DNA of 63,377 nucleotides, the filler included, from Craspedostauros australis (lineage: Eukaryota): NCBI GenBank assembly GCA_030167865.1. It is 7 parts of 7 records of this genome, joined end to end, with 100 filler letters (N's around TTAATTAATTAA, not from the genome) between each part and the next. Parts side by side here need not be neighbours in the genome. Positions count along the whole stretch, not along the records: positions 10,852 to 41,960 come from JALAGF010000320.1; 6 more parts are not named here. One strand, 5' to 3'. The translations under genes and the position numbers were made by a program. The notes under the pieces were generated by a model, which worked only from the letters and a program-made list of their open reading frames with translations, did not search any database and was not told the DNA's origin. Each line of letters starts with the position of its first letter. Position 1 is the first letter of the stretch. This document shows, in pieces, positions 25,401-37,359 of this stretch.

Positions 25401-26255
25401 AAGGTTCTGAATGTCTCAATGACGCCAACACCAAGAGGAAAGCGCCCAACAGAACCCAAACGGCATTCACATCCACTCCTCCCATCAAACGTGTTCTTTC
25501 CGTTTGCATCTCCGCAACGTGCTCTGCAACTGACAGACGAAATGCGTCATCCACGTCCCGGATGAATTAGTCGTTGCGCTGCCCCAACATCATCTCTCTT
25601 TCTCTCCCTTGGACCACATGTTGCAGCTGTGGTCGTCGTTGACGTTGTCGCTGATGTTGGGACGTCGCCGTTTTCGCCGATGTCTCCGATGTCGCTGCCG
25701 CGTTTCTGAGACTGTCACTCCGCCATCCCCCTTGTCTCCGTTTCATCTGTCTGTTTGCTTCTTCTTTATTTGACCGAGAAGTGGCATCACAGGTACCCAA
25801 CTTCGTATGTACGAGTACGCCACAGCGCAGACAGGTGCTTGGGATGGTGGTGGCATCTACGCAACATAGACATAGGCGCAATACAGAACTCGCACCACCA
25901 CAAGCCAACGAGAGGCAACCAGTACCTGTCGGAGGAAGACAGGTTGCGACGGTTCTGTGGCGAAGTTTGATTGTCCCGTGGTCCTCCTCGGACATTCCGA
26001 AGACCGACTGTTGTCACAAAAACGAAAAGCCAACAACGAGAACGGCAGACCACCTGAAGCGACAACCGGAACATCAAGGGAGGAATAGTAACAGGAACAG
26101 CGACAGAAAGAGCAGACCACATCCTCGATCGCAGCTGAATTCACAACTGAATTCACAACTGCATTCACAGCCAACCAGACACAGACACACACAATTGCAT
26201 CCACAGCCATCTCGGACCACTCACAAATTCGAAACGATCTCTCTGGACTCCAACC

Positions 26256-27359
26256 ATGGGAACGCACACAATCAACGAAAGCAACAACACCCAAATGCTC
26301 AAATCGCAACACGAGAGGAACCAGCAAGAGACCGAGCAACCAAAGGCAGCAGCAATCACAACGACAGAAGCAGCAACAGCAGCAACAACGCGAACGGCAA
26401 CCACGGAAGCCGTAGCCGCAACAGCAGGGATGGTGACCATCACAACCACAATCACAACCACGACGACCATGACAGCCAAAAGAGCCTCCATGATCCTCCC
26501 CGCCCTGACCTCTGCAAGCAACCACAGTCTCAGCAGCGCCAGCAACCACTCATGTCCGCACATCCCCTTGCACACGCAATACGATGACATGCTCGGTCAT
26601 CTGCAGGCCGCTCATGTTGGATACGACGGGCCACAACAGACTCCGACGCAGCGACAGCTGCATTCGCAAAAGCGAAGTGTCCGTTTCGCCGAAGATGTCA
26701 TGGAATCCCGATCGACCATGCGCCGCCGCAGCTACACGCAGGTTCCTTCATCGCCACCAACATCGCCGACATCGACACCAACAGCAACAACAAAGGCAAC
26801 CGAGACTGACATTGACGCAATCGCCAAGGCAGACATCTGGTACAACCGAGAGGACTTCTCCAGGATGCGACAAGACAATCGCGAGACCGTCAAGCAGATG
26901 AAGAACCTCGTGCCGGAAGACATCCACAATGACGTCTGCTACCGCGGTCTCGAGTATCCTCACGAAAGCCGGCAGCGGCAGGAGGAGGTCCACGCATCGA
27001 TCGAGGTCGTGCTCGACGAGCAGGATCGCCAGCACGATCTCGACATCAACGAGCCCGATGTGATTGCGCAGATGTACGGCTTCTACACACGAGCCTGCCA
27101 AAGCAGAGCTGTCCGTCAGGGTGCGCGCGACGCAGTGGACTGCGGCTTCGGGCGCGATGCGAAGCAGCTCCGATCATCGTACTTCCGCTCGTCGTCGTCG
27201 CCCTCCGTCGAATGCACCAGCAGAGCGTGCAACCCGCCCGTCATGCCGATCCGGCGTTCCATCATCTCCGTTCCAAGGGATGCGACGCTGCCGTGCGCGT
27301 ACCCACGCCGCACGACGGATTATCCTCAGTTCCACATCCGACGCTCGAGCATCGACTAA
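26256..27359 (+). CDS. Diatom-type hypothetical protein, 'RVxF-WY-RGLE-VLxEQ' family
   Basis: Motifs KRSVRFAED, IWYNREDF, CYRGLE, VVLDEQ, IAQMY, GARDA. Thr-rich N-terminus, so the true start may be a later ATG. Confidence 0.75.
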   Translation: MGTHTINESNNTQMLKSQHERNQQETEQPKAAAITTTEAATAATTRTATTEAVAATAGMVTITTTITTTTTMTAKRASMILPALTSASNHSLSSASNHSCPHIPLHTQYDDMLGHLQAAHVGYDGPQQTPTQRQLHSQKRSVRFAEDVMESRSTMRRRSYTQVPSSPPTSPTSTPTATTKATETDIDAIAKADIWYNREDFSRMRQDNRETVKQMKNLVPEDIHNDVCYRGLEYPHESRQRQEEVHASIEVVLDEQDRQHDLDINEPDVIAQMYGFYTRACQSRAVRQGARDAVDCGFGRDAKQLRSSYFRSSSSPSVECTSRACNPPVMPIRRSIISVPRDATLPCAYPRRTTDYPQFHIRRSSID

Positions 27360-28820
27360 ACAGTGCTCTTCACATAATACTCTAAACAATTCATATCACA
27401 GTCCATATATCATATCATAGAATACATACTACAGTTACACCAATCCTTGACGCCAAAGCCGGATTCCAAAGCCATTCCACGCCCATTTCACGTCCATACT
27501 ATTTCGTGTGATGGCACCCACCACACATTCGAAGTGTTATACGGGTCCCTGTCCTGTCTATGGGCTGCGAATTCACATCGGCGAAGGGTCACACGGTCAT
27601 CATTTCCAAAGTGCAAACCAGCCTTCGTTGCTGTTCTATTCGTAGGCATGCTACGACTACGACTGAGCCTCGGAGGGCATCTCAAAGCATTGTTGACGTT
27701 GATGTTGGTGAACACGAACGCTGCCTTGTTGCGCTCTGCAACAATTTGACAAAACGTGAACATGGAGGCGGTCCTCTCTGTGGATTCGAAAGGTACTTGT
27801 CATAGCATGGATTTGCCTGGGCCACACGCACAAGATATCCTACCTGCTGCATCCAGACCCTTCATCGCGGTGCGGAAGGAGACTCGGAGATCCTGCACCG
27901 AGCAGTGAGATGATCTTGAAGAGAGGGAGAGGGAGATGGAGTTGATGGCGACTCGTATGTCGTGATCATTTTGTGGTTGCATTTGCGTCTGCCTGGTTGC
28001 ACTCGTAGTCGTATTAGCATGGCCTTGTGGGTAAATGTGGTGATGTGCCATAGTTTCTCTCGAGGATAAGGTAGAAATGTCTACTCGCGGGATGATGGTG
28101 AGCGGATGAGAGCACAGTAGACCAAGGTGAGTGGAATTATTACCGTCCATGCCAAAGAGTATGGTAAATACACAGGCAATACCATACAAGTGTAAGCGCA
28201 CAGCGGGAGCGCAGGCAGGCATGCATGCACAATGTCGGCTGATCTTTGCCGCCTCCACCTCTCCTTTTTAACCAGTATCATTCCTGTTGAAGAGGTAGCG
28301 TTGTCATCCGCCCCACGGTTCGCAGGAGAGAAAATGATCACTGCCTCACATTCGGCGCGAAGTATGTACGCGTCTGCATCACCAAGTGATAGAGCATGCC
28401 CATAACATTGCAGAGTATGGCGTGGCGCACACAAAGGTCCATCGTCGTTGAGGTGATGAATATGCAGAACAACAGAACAGAACATTCACTCGTGCCGAGC
28501 ACCGACCTATGCCTGGAGGAATCGGAATCGATCACCTCAACGGTTCGCTGTCAATGACATCGGCCTCGACTGCACCTCAATCTCAGAATCTTGCAGCGAC
28601 AATAAACGAAGCCAACGGGAGCAACAGCTTGGTTGGTATGTACAGATCCGCCGATTGTGAAAGATTGAAAGCATATGCGTGGAGTATATACTTTGCGATA
28701 CTATTACGCTACGAGTACGGTACGCGTGTTATATCGTATCGTATTCGCACCATACGTAGTGGCAGGCAGTTTGCATTCATCGACGCCATCGCTGCTACTG
28801 CGAGTCGGCTCCGCTCTACT

Positions 28821-29686
28821 CTATCTGACCTTGACGCCCATTTGCTCGAGCGCCTGCAGCAGCTCCGCGTTCTGCTGTTGCAGCGCGTAAACATCATTGT
28901 AGTACGTGGTGTAGAGATCCTTCTGCTCCTGCTTGAATTTGATGTTCAATTTCTTCTCCTTGCGGTTGGAATGGAACTTGCCGCCCAGGAACCAACCGAG
29001 GCTGGCGCCGGCCAAGATCTTTCCCCATCCGAAGGCTCTGTTGGGTCGGTGGAACGTGGCGGGTTGTGTTTTTTTCGATTTCGAGTTTGTAGCGTGGGAC
29101 AGCAAGAGGAAGTGAGACACTGGATACGATCATCGCATTCCTGTCGGAGATGTATGGTGGGCAAACGTGCAGCATATATGTGTGCAGATTATGTATCCAC
29201 GCTGTGGGCACTCGCAAGTATAATAAAAATTAATGTGCGCAGCCACAATTCGCATGAAGACAAAAGTCGTTGGCACTTCAACACAGTGCTGTCGCTATCG
29301 CTATCGCTGTTGCTTGGGTCCTCGCATTTCCACATTGCCGATGGCAAAGATGCTTGGGAGCTCCATCCACTCGGGCGACACCGGGATGGGCATCGGCATG
29401 GTACCCGAACCAACGCTTCCAAATCATGATGGCGGGGAGTGCGTCTGCATGCGCCCATCATTCATCTTGGCTGTCGTTTGGATGATGCACCGCAGCACAC
29501 TTACGGTGGTCCAGCGGCCTCCTTATCCTGCTGTCTCATCGCGTAGTCATGATACAGGTTGTCCTGGGCGTAATCCTGGTTGGAGTACCCGCCGTCTTGG
29601 TAGTCGTAGTCCTGCGCTTCGCAGCGCTGCGTGGCAGATGCCATCAGGACAGCGCACAGCGCCATCTTCAGCAGTTTCATCATCAT
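28821..29686 (-). CDS. Small predicted single-pass membrane protein with signal peptide, 2 exons: 29686-29505, 29037-28821
   Basis: Signal peptide MMMKLLKMALCAVLMASA and a Tyr/Asp/Gln-rich segment. A phase-2 GTAAGT...CAG intron joins in frame to a Gly-rich hydrophobic helix (AFGWGKILAGASLGWFLGG) and a basic/coiled-coil tail. Confidence 0.7.
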
Positions 29687-31525
29687 GTTGGCGAGCTTGC
29701 GATTGTCGTCGTCCTTGGCGTTCCACGCACAGGTGTATCAATACTCTCAATGCCGTTGTCTTGCTTGCAATACGGTGAGATCATTGTGGATGAAGCCGAC
29801 AAACGGCATCTTGCTTCGTGTTGACGCCATCGTCGCGTTGTTGGTTTTGCGTTCTTCTCTTTCTGCGATTTTGTTGAAAAGTGCCATCTGGAAGATCGTG
29901 AACAAGATACGTCTGGCCGTCGCTTGCAAATGATCGACCAGAACGATCCAAAAGTGATATCCGACTGGTTGGATCAAATTGTGCCAAGAATCGGAATGCT
30001 GATGCCTTCAGACACACCCCGCAGCTACCTGCTCCGATACTCTGCCCTACTCTATCTTGTTCCACCAACCCATGAACGAGAGTTGACGTGGAAGATGGAG
30101 AAATACAGCAGCCTCAGTCTGTCGCAGTCGTACAAGGGGAGGCAAAGTCGAGCGCTTCCAATCGGACGAGTACTTTGCTCCGAGCGAGAAACCAGCAATT
30201 GTATGCGCAACTGCATGGCTCCATGCTCGCACCTGCGTTGAAGTCAACTTGTTCCCGCCATGCTGCTTCAACCAAGACGGGAGAAACGATTTGGGCATCT
30301 CATTCTCAGAGGAATGAAAATAGATGGAGCGCCACATGATCAAGACGAAAGATTGCGATGCACATTCCCTTGCACAACGATTACATGCCCTCGTACTTTC
30401 TGTCTTCTCGTATTGCCTATTTTTGGAAGATTGGGATCGGACCAGAAAGAACCCACAGAATCATCAATCTGATAGCAGCATTTCTGGTGGAGGACCACGG
30501 ATGGCGCAGATCTTCTTGCGGGCACGAGTAGTTGGATTGTCTTCGACGTTTGTCTTTTCCACATAGCAGCGGAAAGGTTCGACGCAGCAAGGACGCCGCG
30601 AAATGGATGTTGTGGACGCACCTTGACACTTTGGTGATGGGAGCGGGTTTGGGACTGGTGCGAATGACACGGTTCCCTGCGGATGTCGCGGTTGAAGTAC
30701 CTTTCACTTGATGACGATGTACAATACATTTGGTCCACAAGAACGATTGTTGAGTCCGCAGAGAGGCTGGTCACATGTCTCTTTGGAGGTCTCGCCATCG
30801 CAAGAGACCAGTTCCAAAGTCGTACCTTTTTTCCGACGCAAACATCTCTTGAGAGACACGAGCAGCCTCGTCAGAGCTCTGCATCTGACGTTGGTTGGAT
30901 TTTCGATAATGCACTTAAGGTGACGATATTTTGTTGGAACAAGGGAACATCAACTGCTCCATCAACTGCATCAATTGCGTCACTTCCGCCAACATCTCAG
31001 ACACGCCAAATCCGAACCTCTTTGTCTTCTATGTGTTGTTCTTGCAGCAACATCGACGAAACCAGAAGCGACACAGAGAAGCTTCATCTGAACTCAACAT
31101 GACGTACATGCTGCGCCAAGATGCGCATCAAAAGTTGGCGCAGTCGGTTCCACAAGGGCCGGGTGTTGGCACAAGACTCGGTCTTGCTGTGAGATGTGGG
31201 AGCTACGGGCTCCTTCCGACTTCTGTCGATCCAGCGTCGTGAGCCACCACCGATCATTTCCACCAGCCATCATCGCTGACCGCGAAGTTGTGGAACCTTT
31301 CCTTCACTCGTGCGTTCCAGCGCAACCGCTTCATCGCAGCCGCACACACCAGCAAACCCAACAGAACCACGTGCTCTATCAGCTTCGCACGATACGCATT
31401 CCCTGCCAGTCCACTCCGCTTACAAATCAATTCCGCATCCGCACCATACTCGCACTCTCATCGACCGACGCCACCCTGAGAAGCAGCAACTGAAAAACGC
31501 TGCTCTAGTGCACCTCCCTTGCGTG

Positions 31526-31570
31526 CCATACCATACCATACCATACCATACCATACCATACCATACCATA
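31526..31570 (+). repeat. (CCATA)9 pentanucleotide microsatellite just upstream of the bZIP start codon
   Basis: Nine perfect units ending 4 nt before ATG 31575. Confidence 0.95.
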
Positions 31571-31574
31571 CCAC

Positions 31575-33175
31575 ATGCAATACGACGGCACCATGAACAT
31601 GAATGAAATCCCAACGATCTCGCTGTCGGAATCGTCAACCATGTTCGCGTCGGACGACACCACATCCATCCTCGATCATATTCAGGGCGACCTTGATTCG
31701 ATATTCAATGATGAACTGAAGCAAGAGCAGCAGCATCAGCCGCAGCCGCAGCATTTTCAGATACCCGCGATGGCGGCACTGGACACTGGAATGAAGTACT
31801 TCCAATCCTCTTTGCCAACACCGACGAATGTCAGTACCAACGTCAATACCAACATCAATCCACATTCTCTTCCTCAACACACATGCGAAAGCATGCCAGC
31901 GATGGCCGTTTCAGCCCATTCGATGCCTGGTATGCAAACGCTGCCATCACAGCAGCCCCAAATGCAGGCACTTGATCCTTTCCCATCGTCACGGATGGCA
32001 TCACAACCACTTGCATCATCAATGCAATCGGCTTGTGGAAATTTTGGGCCACCCACAACCGAGGCCGCACCCGCGACGTTGTCGCTCGCATTCTCAGACG
32101 CCAATTGTAGCAAATCCTCAACACCCTTTGTGTCGCCGTCGACTCTATCATCTTCGTCAGCGCCGCCGTCATCATTCCTTCTATCTCCATCGCTGCGGCT
32201 GCCAGCGCAGGCAGCGGGGTCTTACAACACTCACGCGATTCTCAACCATGGCAACGCCGCAGTCGCAGGCGCAGCACCACCAGCAACATTATCAGCCCCA
32301 GAAAGCACTGCGCAGATGCCATCTTTCTTGTCCCAACCACACCCACAGCAACCGCAGCAACAGCAGCACCAACAACATTCATTATCGCTAGCATCGCCAC
32401 TGTCGATGTCCCTACCATCTCTCGTCCCGTCATCATCAAACGGAATCGCGATGAACGGATACCAACACTCTGTGCCCAGCGTGGGCTCGGCCAATCAATT
32501 CGTATCGATGCAAGCCATGCCCGCAGCAATAAGGCAGGTGGCCAGCGCCAACAACGTGTCGGCGATAGTCGCCGCGGGCATGATGACGGCCGCATCCGCA
32601 TTCCCACAGAAACGCAACATGCAAACACTGCGGCAATGTCAACAACAGCAGTCACGATATGGCATCAACTCCGCAGGCAAGAAGCAACAGCGAGAGGAGG
32701 CAAGAAAGTGAGTAACATCATCGCAGAGGAGACAATGCGGTATTCCACAAGTATAACACGAGAGTGTTGTGATGCTACTCCATGCGGCATTGGATTCTTC
32801 TTCTCAAGCGTTTCTTCTGAACCTCCGTCCTCACCGAAACTGATCTCCTCCCCTTCATTTGATCCTCCAACTTTCCACCATCATCCAACATGATCGAACT
32901 CCATCACACTATCGTCGCACTTGCACTCCGCAATGCCTCCAAGACAACGCAACCGGAAGCATGCCAAGCAAAGCCGCCAACGACGCAAAGTTGAGCTCGT
33001 TCAGCTGGTGCAGCAGCTCGAGCACTTGAAGGCCGAAAACTACGAGTTGCGCCATGAAGTCTTCGTGCAACAGATCCAGCAACACAGCAGGGTGCTGGAC
33101 AAGGACACCATCCAATTCGTCAAGACGCAGGCAGCAAAGCATCCGAAGCAGGACACGACATCCATCGTCGGATAA
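31575..33175 (+). CDS. bZIP transcription factor, 2 exons: 31575-32707, 32944-33175
   Basis: The phase-2 intron GTGAGT...AAG (32708-32943) gives QREEARK|QRNRKHAKQSRQRRKVELVQLVQQLEHLKAENYELR, with an N-x7-R basic region and leucine heptads. The N-terminus is Gln/Ser/Pro-rich. Confidence 0.85.
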
Positions 33176-33708
33176 CAGATGGATAGGACGTACGATACTG
33201 CGCCCTCTCAATTTCCATAGAGTAAATATGCCTCTCAACCAATTTTAACACCGATTCCATCACGATCACGAGTGCGATGCTTGCCGTTGGAAAGTAAATG
33301 TATCGTAGCGCACGGCTCGTAGCGTAATGATGCAACTAGCTGCAACCGCCGACTCCCGATCCGTGCTTCCGTGTGAGCTGGTTGATGGAAGCTGGCAACG
33401 AATTCCCTCCGAGATACGTCTGCAGCCAATACAAGTCAATGATACTTGTTGTGAGATTGTAGTTCGATTGTAACTGTACTCTATCCCATACTGAAACCCC
33501 ATTATGGAACCTCATACATCCAGGTAGCATCTCTGAATGAATGTCCGTATGATATGTAGAGCAGCGTAGTGCACTGTTTGGTACGGTACATATATTTGGT
33601 AACATGAATGCTCTACCCTGCTTCATGGTACCAAGGCACAACATGACCGTTGTGTAAAATTCCGCGGCAGATTTTGCGCGGTCATGTGGTCCTGCTTTCC
33701 CCGGACAT

Positions 33709-35019
33709 TCATGACACAGTGGGATCCATCTTGTTGACACTCGTGCACGGCGTGATGACGCGCATCGCTGCCTCCTGCGATACCACCGCCGATGATACCA
33801 CTGCCGTTGGCGTCATGATCCTGCTGCGTTTCTGCACGACCTGATGGCGCAATCCCCGCAAAAATTGCAGCGACGCATCATCCACATGGCGGTGGTGTTT
33901 CAAATGGAGGAGGTCCTGCATCTTGAGTTGTTCCTGTAAGCACTGGTCCACCGTGTCGGGTCCCAGGATGGAACTCATTTGCTGTTTCATCCTCGCATTT
34001 TCTTTCTTCAGATCTGACAGCGTGGCTTCCAAGGATTTGGTCAACGATTTCTTGCGCAGGCGGCTGCGTTTGGCATGTTCGCGGTTGCGGATTCTGGATG
34101 GCGTGCGATGGGAAGTGACGTGCAGTGATGTGAGGGAGTGCGATGGCGAGAATCAGAAATGGAGAAGAATGAAGCAAATGAGTGAGTAAAATGTGGGTGA
34201 CAGAATAAGTGCGATATTGCATTCATGCAGTCGCTGTGCAATTCATCTTGCATCCTGTCGAAGATCAGCGATTGCATTCCACTCGTATTGTTCCGGCCCC
34301 ATCAATTGATGGTGCTGCGCTTCGACTCACTTGCGTGCCTCCTCTTGCTGCTCTTCCGTCACGGAATCTGAGATCGTGCTCAACGATCGCTTGCGTTCCA
34401 GGCTTGATGACCAAGTTGTGTTGGGAACGATGGTGGCCGTTGCTGTGGATGCCAGTGGCGTGTACGAAGGCGCCAATGCAATCGGAGCCGGCGCAATTGT
34501 CTGGGGCAGTATTGTAGCAGCCGGGCCTTGGAAGAGGCTCTGTGCCGTCGATGGCACGATGGCGGGCGCGATCATTGCTGGCTTGGCGATATACTGTGGC
34601 CGCGATGACGGTACCGCAACTGAAGGAACAGCGACTGGTTTGGAAAACAGCGGATTCGGCACAGTGGACTGCGCCGTGGTGGCGGGCACAGCGGCATGCG
34701 CATTGTCTTGCATGAAATCAGCAAAGACATCCTTGAGCATGTTGGTGAACTCGGGATCGGCGCTCATGGCCGCCAACTTCCTCTCGGTCGCATCGCTTGT
34801 GGATGGTGGTGCAGGGATCGGCGCTGCTGCTGCTGCTGCTGCCGCGGCTGCCGTCGCCACCATCGATGCGCTGCTCGAGAGTATGTCTGGTTGCGGAACT
34901 GGGACGCTGCTCGAAGTCACAGTGGTGACCTCATAAACGGCAGTTGCGGATGACACGATCGGCGCGACGGGCAATAGCAGCGTCTCGCATGGGCTTGTGG
35001 TCGTTGGTGGGGGAGTCAT
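33709..35019 (-). CDS. bZIP transcription factor, 2 exons: 35019-34331, 34093-33709
   Basis: The phase-2 intron GTGAGT...CAG (34330-34094) gives QQEEARK|IRNREHAKRSRLRKKSLTKSLEATLSDLKKENARMK, a canonical basic region plus zipper. Confidence 0.88.
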
Positions 35020-37359
35020 TGCGATGGCTTCGATTGGATTGGATTGGATTGGACTGGCTCTGTTCGGAATGGCAATTGGATTAGATTGTGGTTGTTGCGA
35101 TGATGATTGTTGTGCTGATTGTGACGATGATTGTGACGATGATGGCGATCGTGTTTGTATTTGTTCTTTTTTCAGTGATGAATTATGTTGATGTGATGGT
35201 GAGTGTGATTGTTGTGATGATGATTGTTGTGATTATTGTGGCTGCTTCCGATGCCGCTTGGGTCTCTGCGCTCGAATCGTAGTGCCACTGCCCTTTCCAC
35301 TCGGTTGTGGTGCTTCCCTGGTGATACTCCTCTCACGATTGCTCAGAATGGTTGCTGCGAAGGACTGTCAGTGTTGACAATTGGTTTCGATTCGGATGGG
35401 GAGCTTGTGTTTCACTATCCCTCTTCGTCATTCGAGTGTACTGGTGCGTTCAGGGACTTATTCCGCCACACACAAACACAGAGTGAACCGTTTTTCGGTT
35501 TTGTACACGCAAGTATGACAGTGCGCTGTGATGACGAGGCACACGAATGCATTTTCCAACTTCGTGATGATTTCGTGTGGTGACAGTTTTGGGTTCGCGT
35601 TCGTGTGGTTTTGGTTCTCGATGGTTGGTGCGAAGCGATGACGTTGCGGCTGAAGTTAATACGTCTTCGGTGATGTGTCGTTCCTTGCGTTGTCATAGTG
35701 TCTGATGTCATTCCGTTGCACTATGAGGTCACCCTCTCATCACTTAATGAGTTTCGTGTCGCATCTGACTGACGTGGCCTCCCCAAGTGCCGGTTTCGTC
35801 AAGGAGATTTCTTAATTGCTGACCTCAGACATCGTGCGTTTTCCGAGCCTCCCAAGCGTCAACGAGAGCATCAACGAGGGTGCCAGCCACGTATCTGAGA
35901 GATTCTCACGACTCCACCAATTGGATCTTCAGCCGCAGTTGAAGTCTCGCAATCTACTCCACGCAACTCGAAAGTGAACCCAGAGATGGCTCTCACTTGC
36001 AGCACAATATTTTTTCGTAGAACACTCGTTGGCATCATCGATAAATGGAATGCATGATGGACTTTCGTGTCAGGGATCTACAATAGTCTCAAGCATCATC
36101 GAGCTCGGAGCCTTGGGATGCACTGTGCGGCAACTCACGTCGCAGAGAAGGAATCGTTTTGAAAGGCAAGGGGTGAACATCCATGGCAACAGCTCCTCCG
36201 TCGTAGCTCGTTGGAGACGGCATACTTGCCAGCGCTTCCGCAATGAAATGCTCCAGGGATTTTGGAGACTCATTCCTGGTGGCCGTTAGATCGTGCGACA
36301 CTTGCGGACTGGTAGCGGCAGAGATGGGATTTCACAGCAGAATCTCGCAATCGTCGTGCAGCTTCCTCCCGTGCGTCACTCAACGGTAGTACTCGTTTCG
36401 CGCGCGTGATCGGGATAGAATTACACTGATGGAAAGAATGCTTCAGGATGGATTCTTGTTCGTGGTGGCCTTGGTGGTCAGGGCCTGTGCCAATGCCACG
36501 GTCCTTGTCGACATCAAACTGCGCTGGACCAGAAAGATCGCCGATGGGGCCATCTTGAGGAAGCACGGCTTCACGTTCGGCTGCGAATGCAATCCAAAAC
36601 CTCTACCTTTTCGACGGTTTCGGGTGCGTCTTCTCGTGGCAGTTGGCGCGACGTCGCATTATCGACTTGAAGCACGCAATCACGCCATATGCAATTGTTC
36701 CCTTGCGAAACGAGATTCGACTTACCGCCGTCTCAATTTTCATTTGTTTGCGGCACATGGCTCACCTTTGCTGTGTATGGTGCCTGTTCGGACACGCATT
36801 GTCTTGATTTGCTCCTATCGTTTTGGTCGAAAATGTGAGTGCGGGTTTTGTTCTTGTTGTCCACTTGGCGCGCTCTTGTCAACCAACAATGGCAAAAAGC
36901 ATGTGCCTACGTCGAAGTAATTGGCTCCGTCATCGTTAAGTACTCTTCGCTCTCGGTGGCGAAGAAATTAGCAACAGGTAATTGTTGCATTGAATGTTCC
37001 GGAAGGCGTTACAACATGCTCGATGATTAGAGAAACAAACCCAATAGAAACATGTGATGTTTGTCACCGTCGTAAAAAATCGCTTTTTGAAATCTGCAAC
37101 ATGTGGCTTGTTCTACTGTTGGATTCACTTCACCGATTCCCACCCGCCGATCTCCAATCGAAACTGCGGAAGTTCGCGGAAGGGTGCGATCATAGCTCAC
37201 AACACGATCTATTGGCACTGCGACCTCGAGCGGAGGTGAAACAGCAACCCACCACCCCCTCTCACAAACAAAGAAACAAAGGCATAGGCACACGCGCCTC
37301 CCGTCGGTCTCCCATAAAGAAGCAAACTGGACGAACGCAACGCCATTCCTCACAGCACC

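Noticed and set aside
24498..26587. Long ORFs 24498-25319 and 25781-26587
   Set aside because: No domain signal and atypical composition. The second overlaps the better-supported 26256-27359 gene in another frame.
28509..29429. 306-aa plus-strand ORF
   Set aside because: Antisense shadow of the spliced minus-strand gene 28821-29686.
20756..35019. HSF and two bZIPs within 15 kb as a regulatory cluster
   Set aside because: HSFs are highly expanded in diatoms and unrelated genes intervene, so only the bZIP pair is supported.
36270..36566. Minus-strand ORF with FDVDKDRG...HQGH faintly like a diatom DVLxGRG...HxGN domain
   Set aside because: Match too weak and no further motifs or supporting gene structure.
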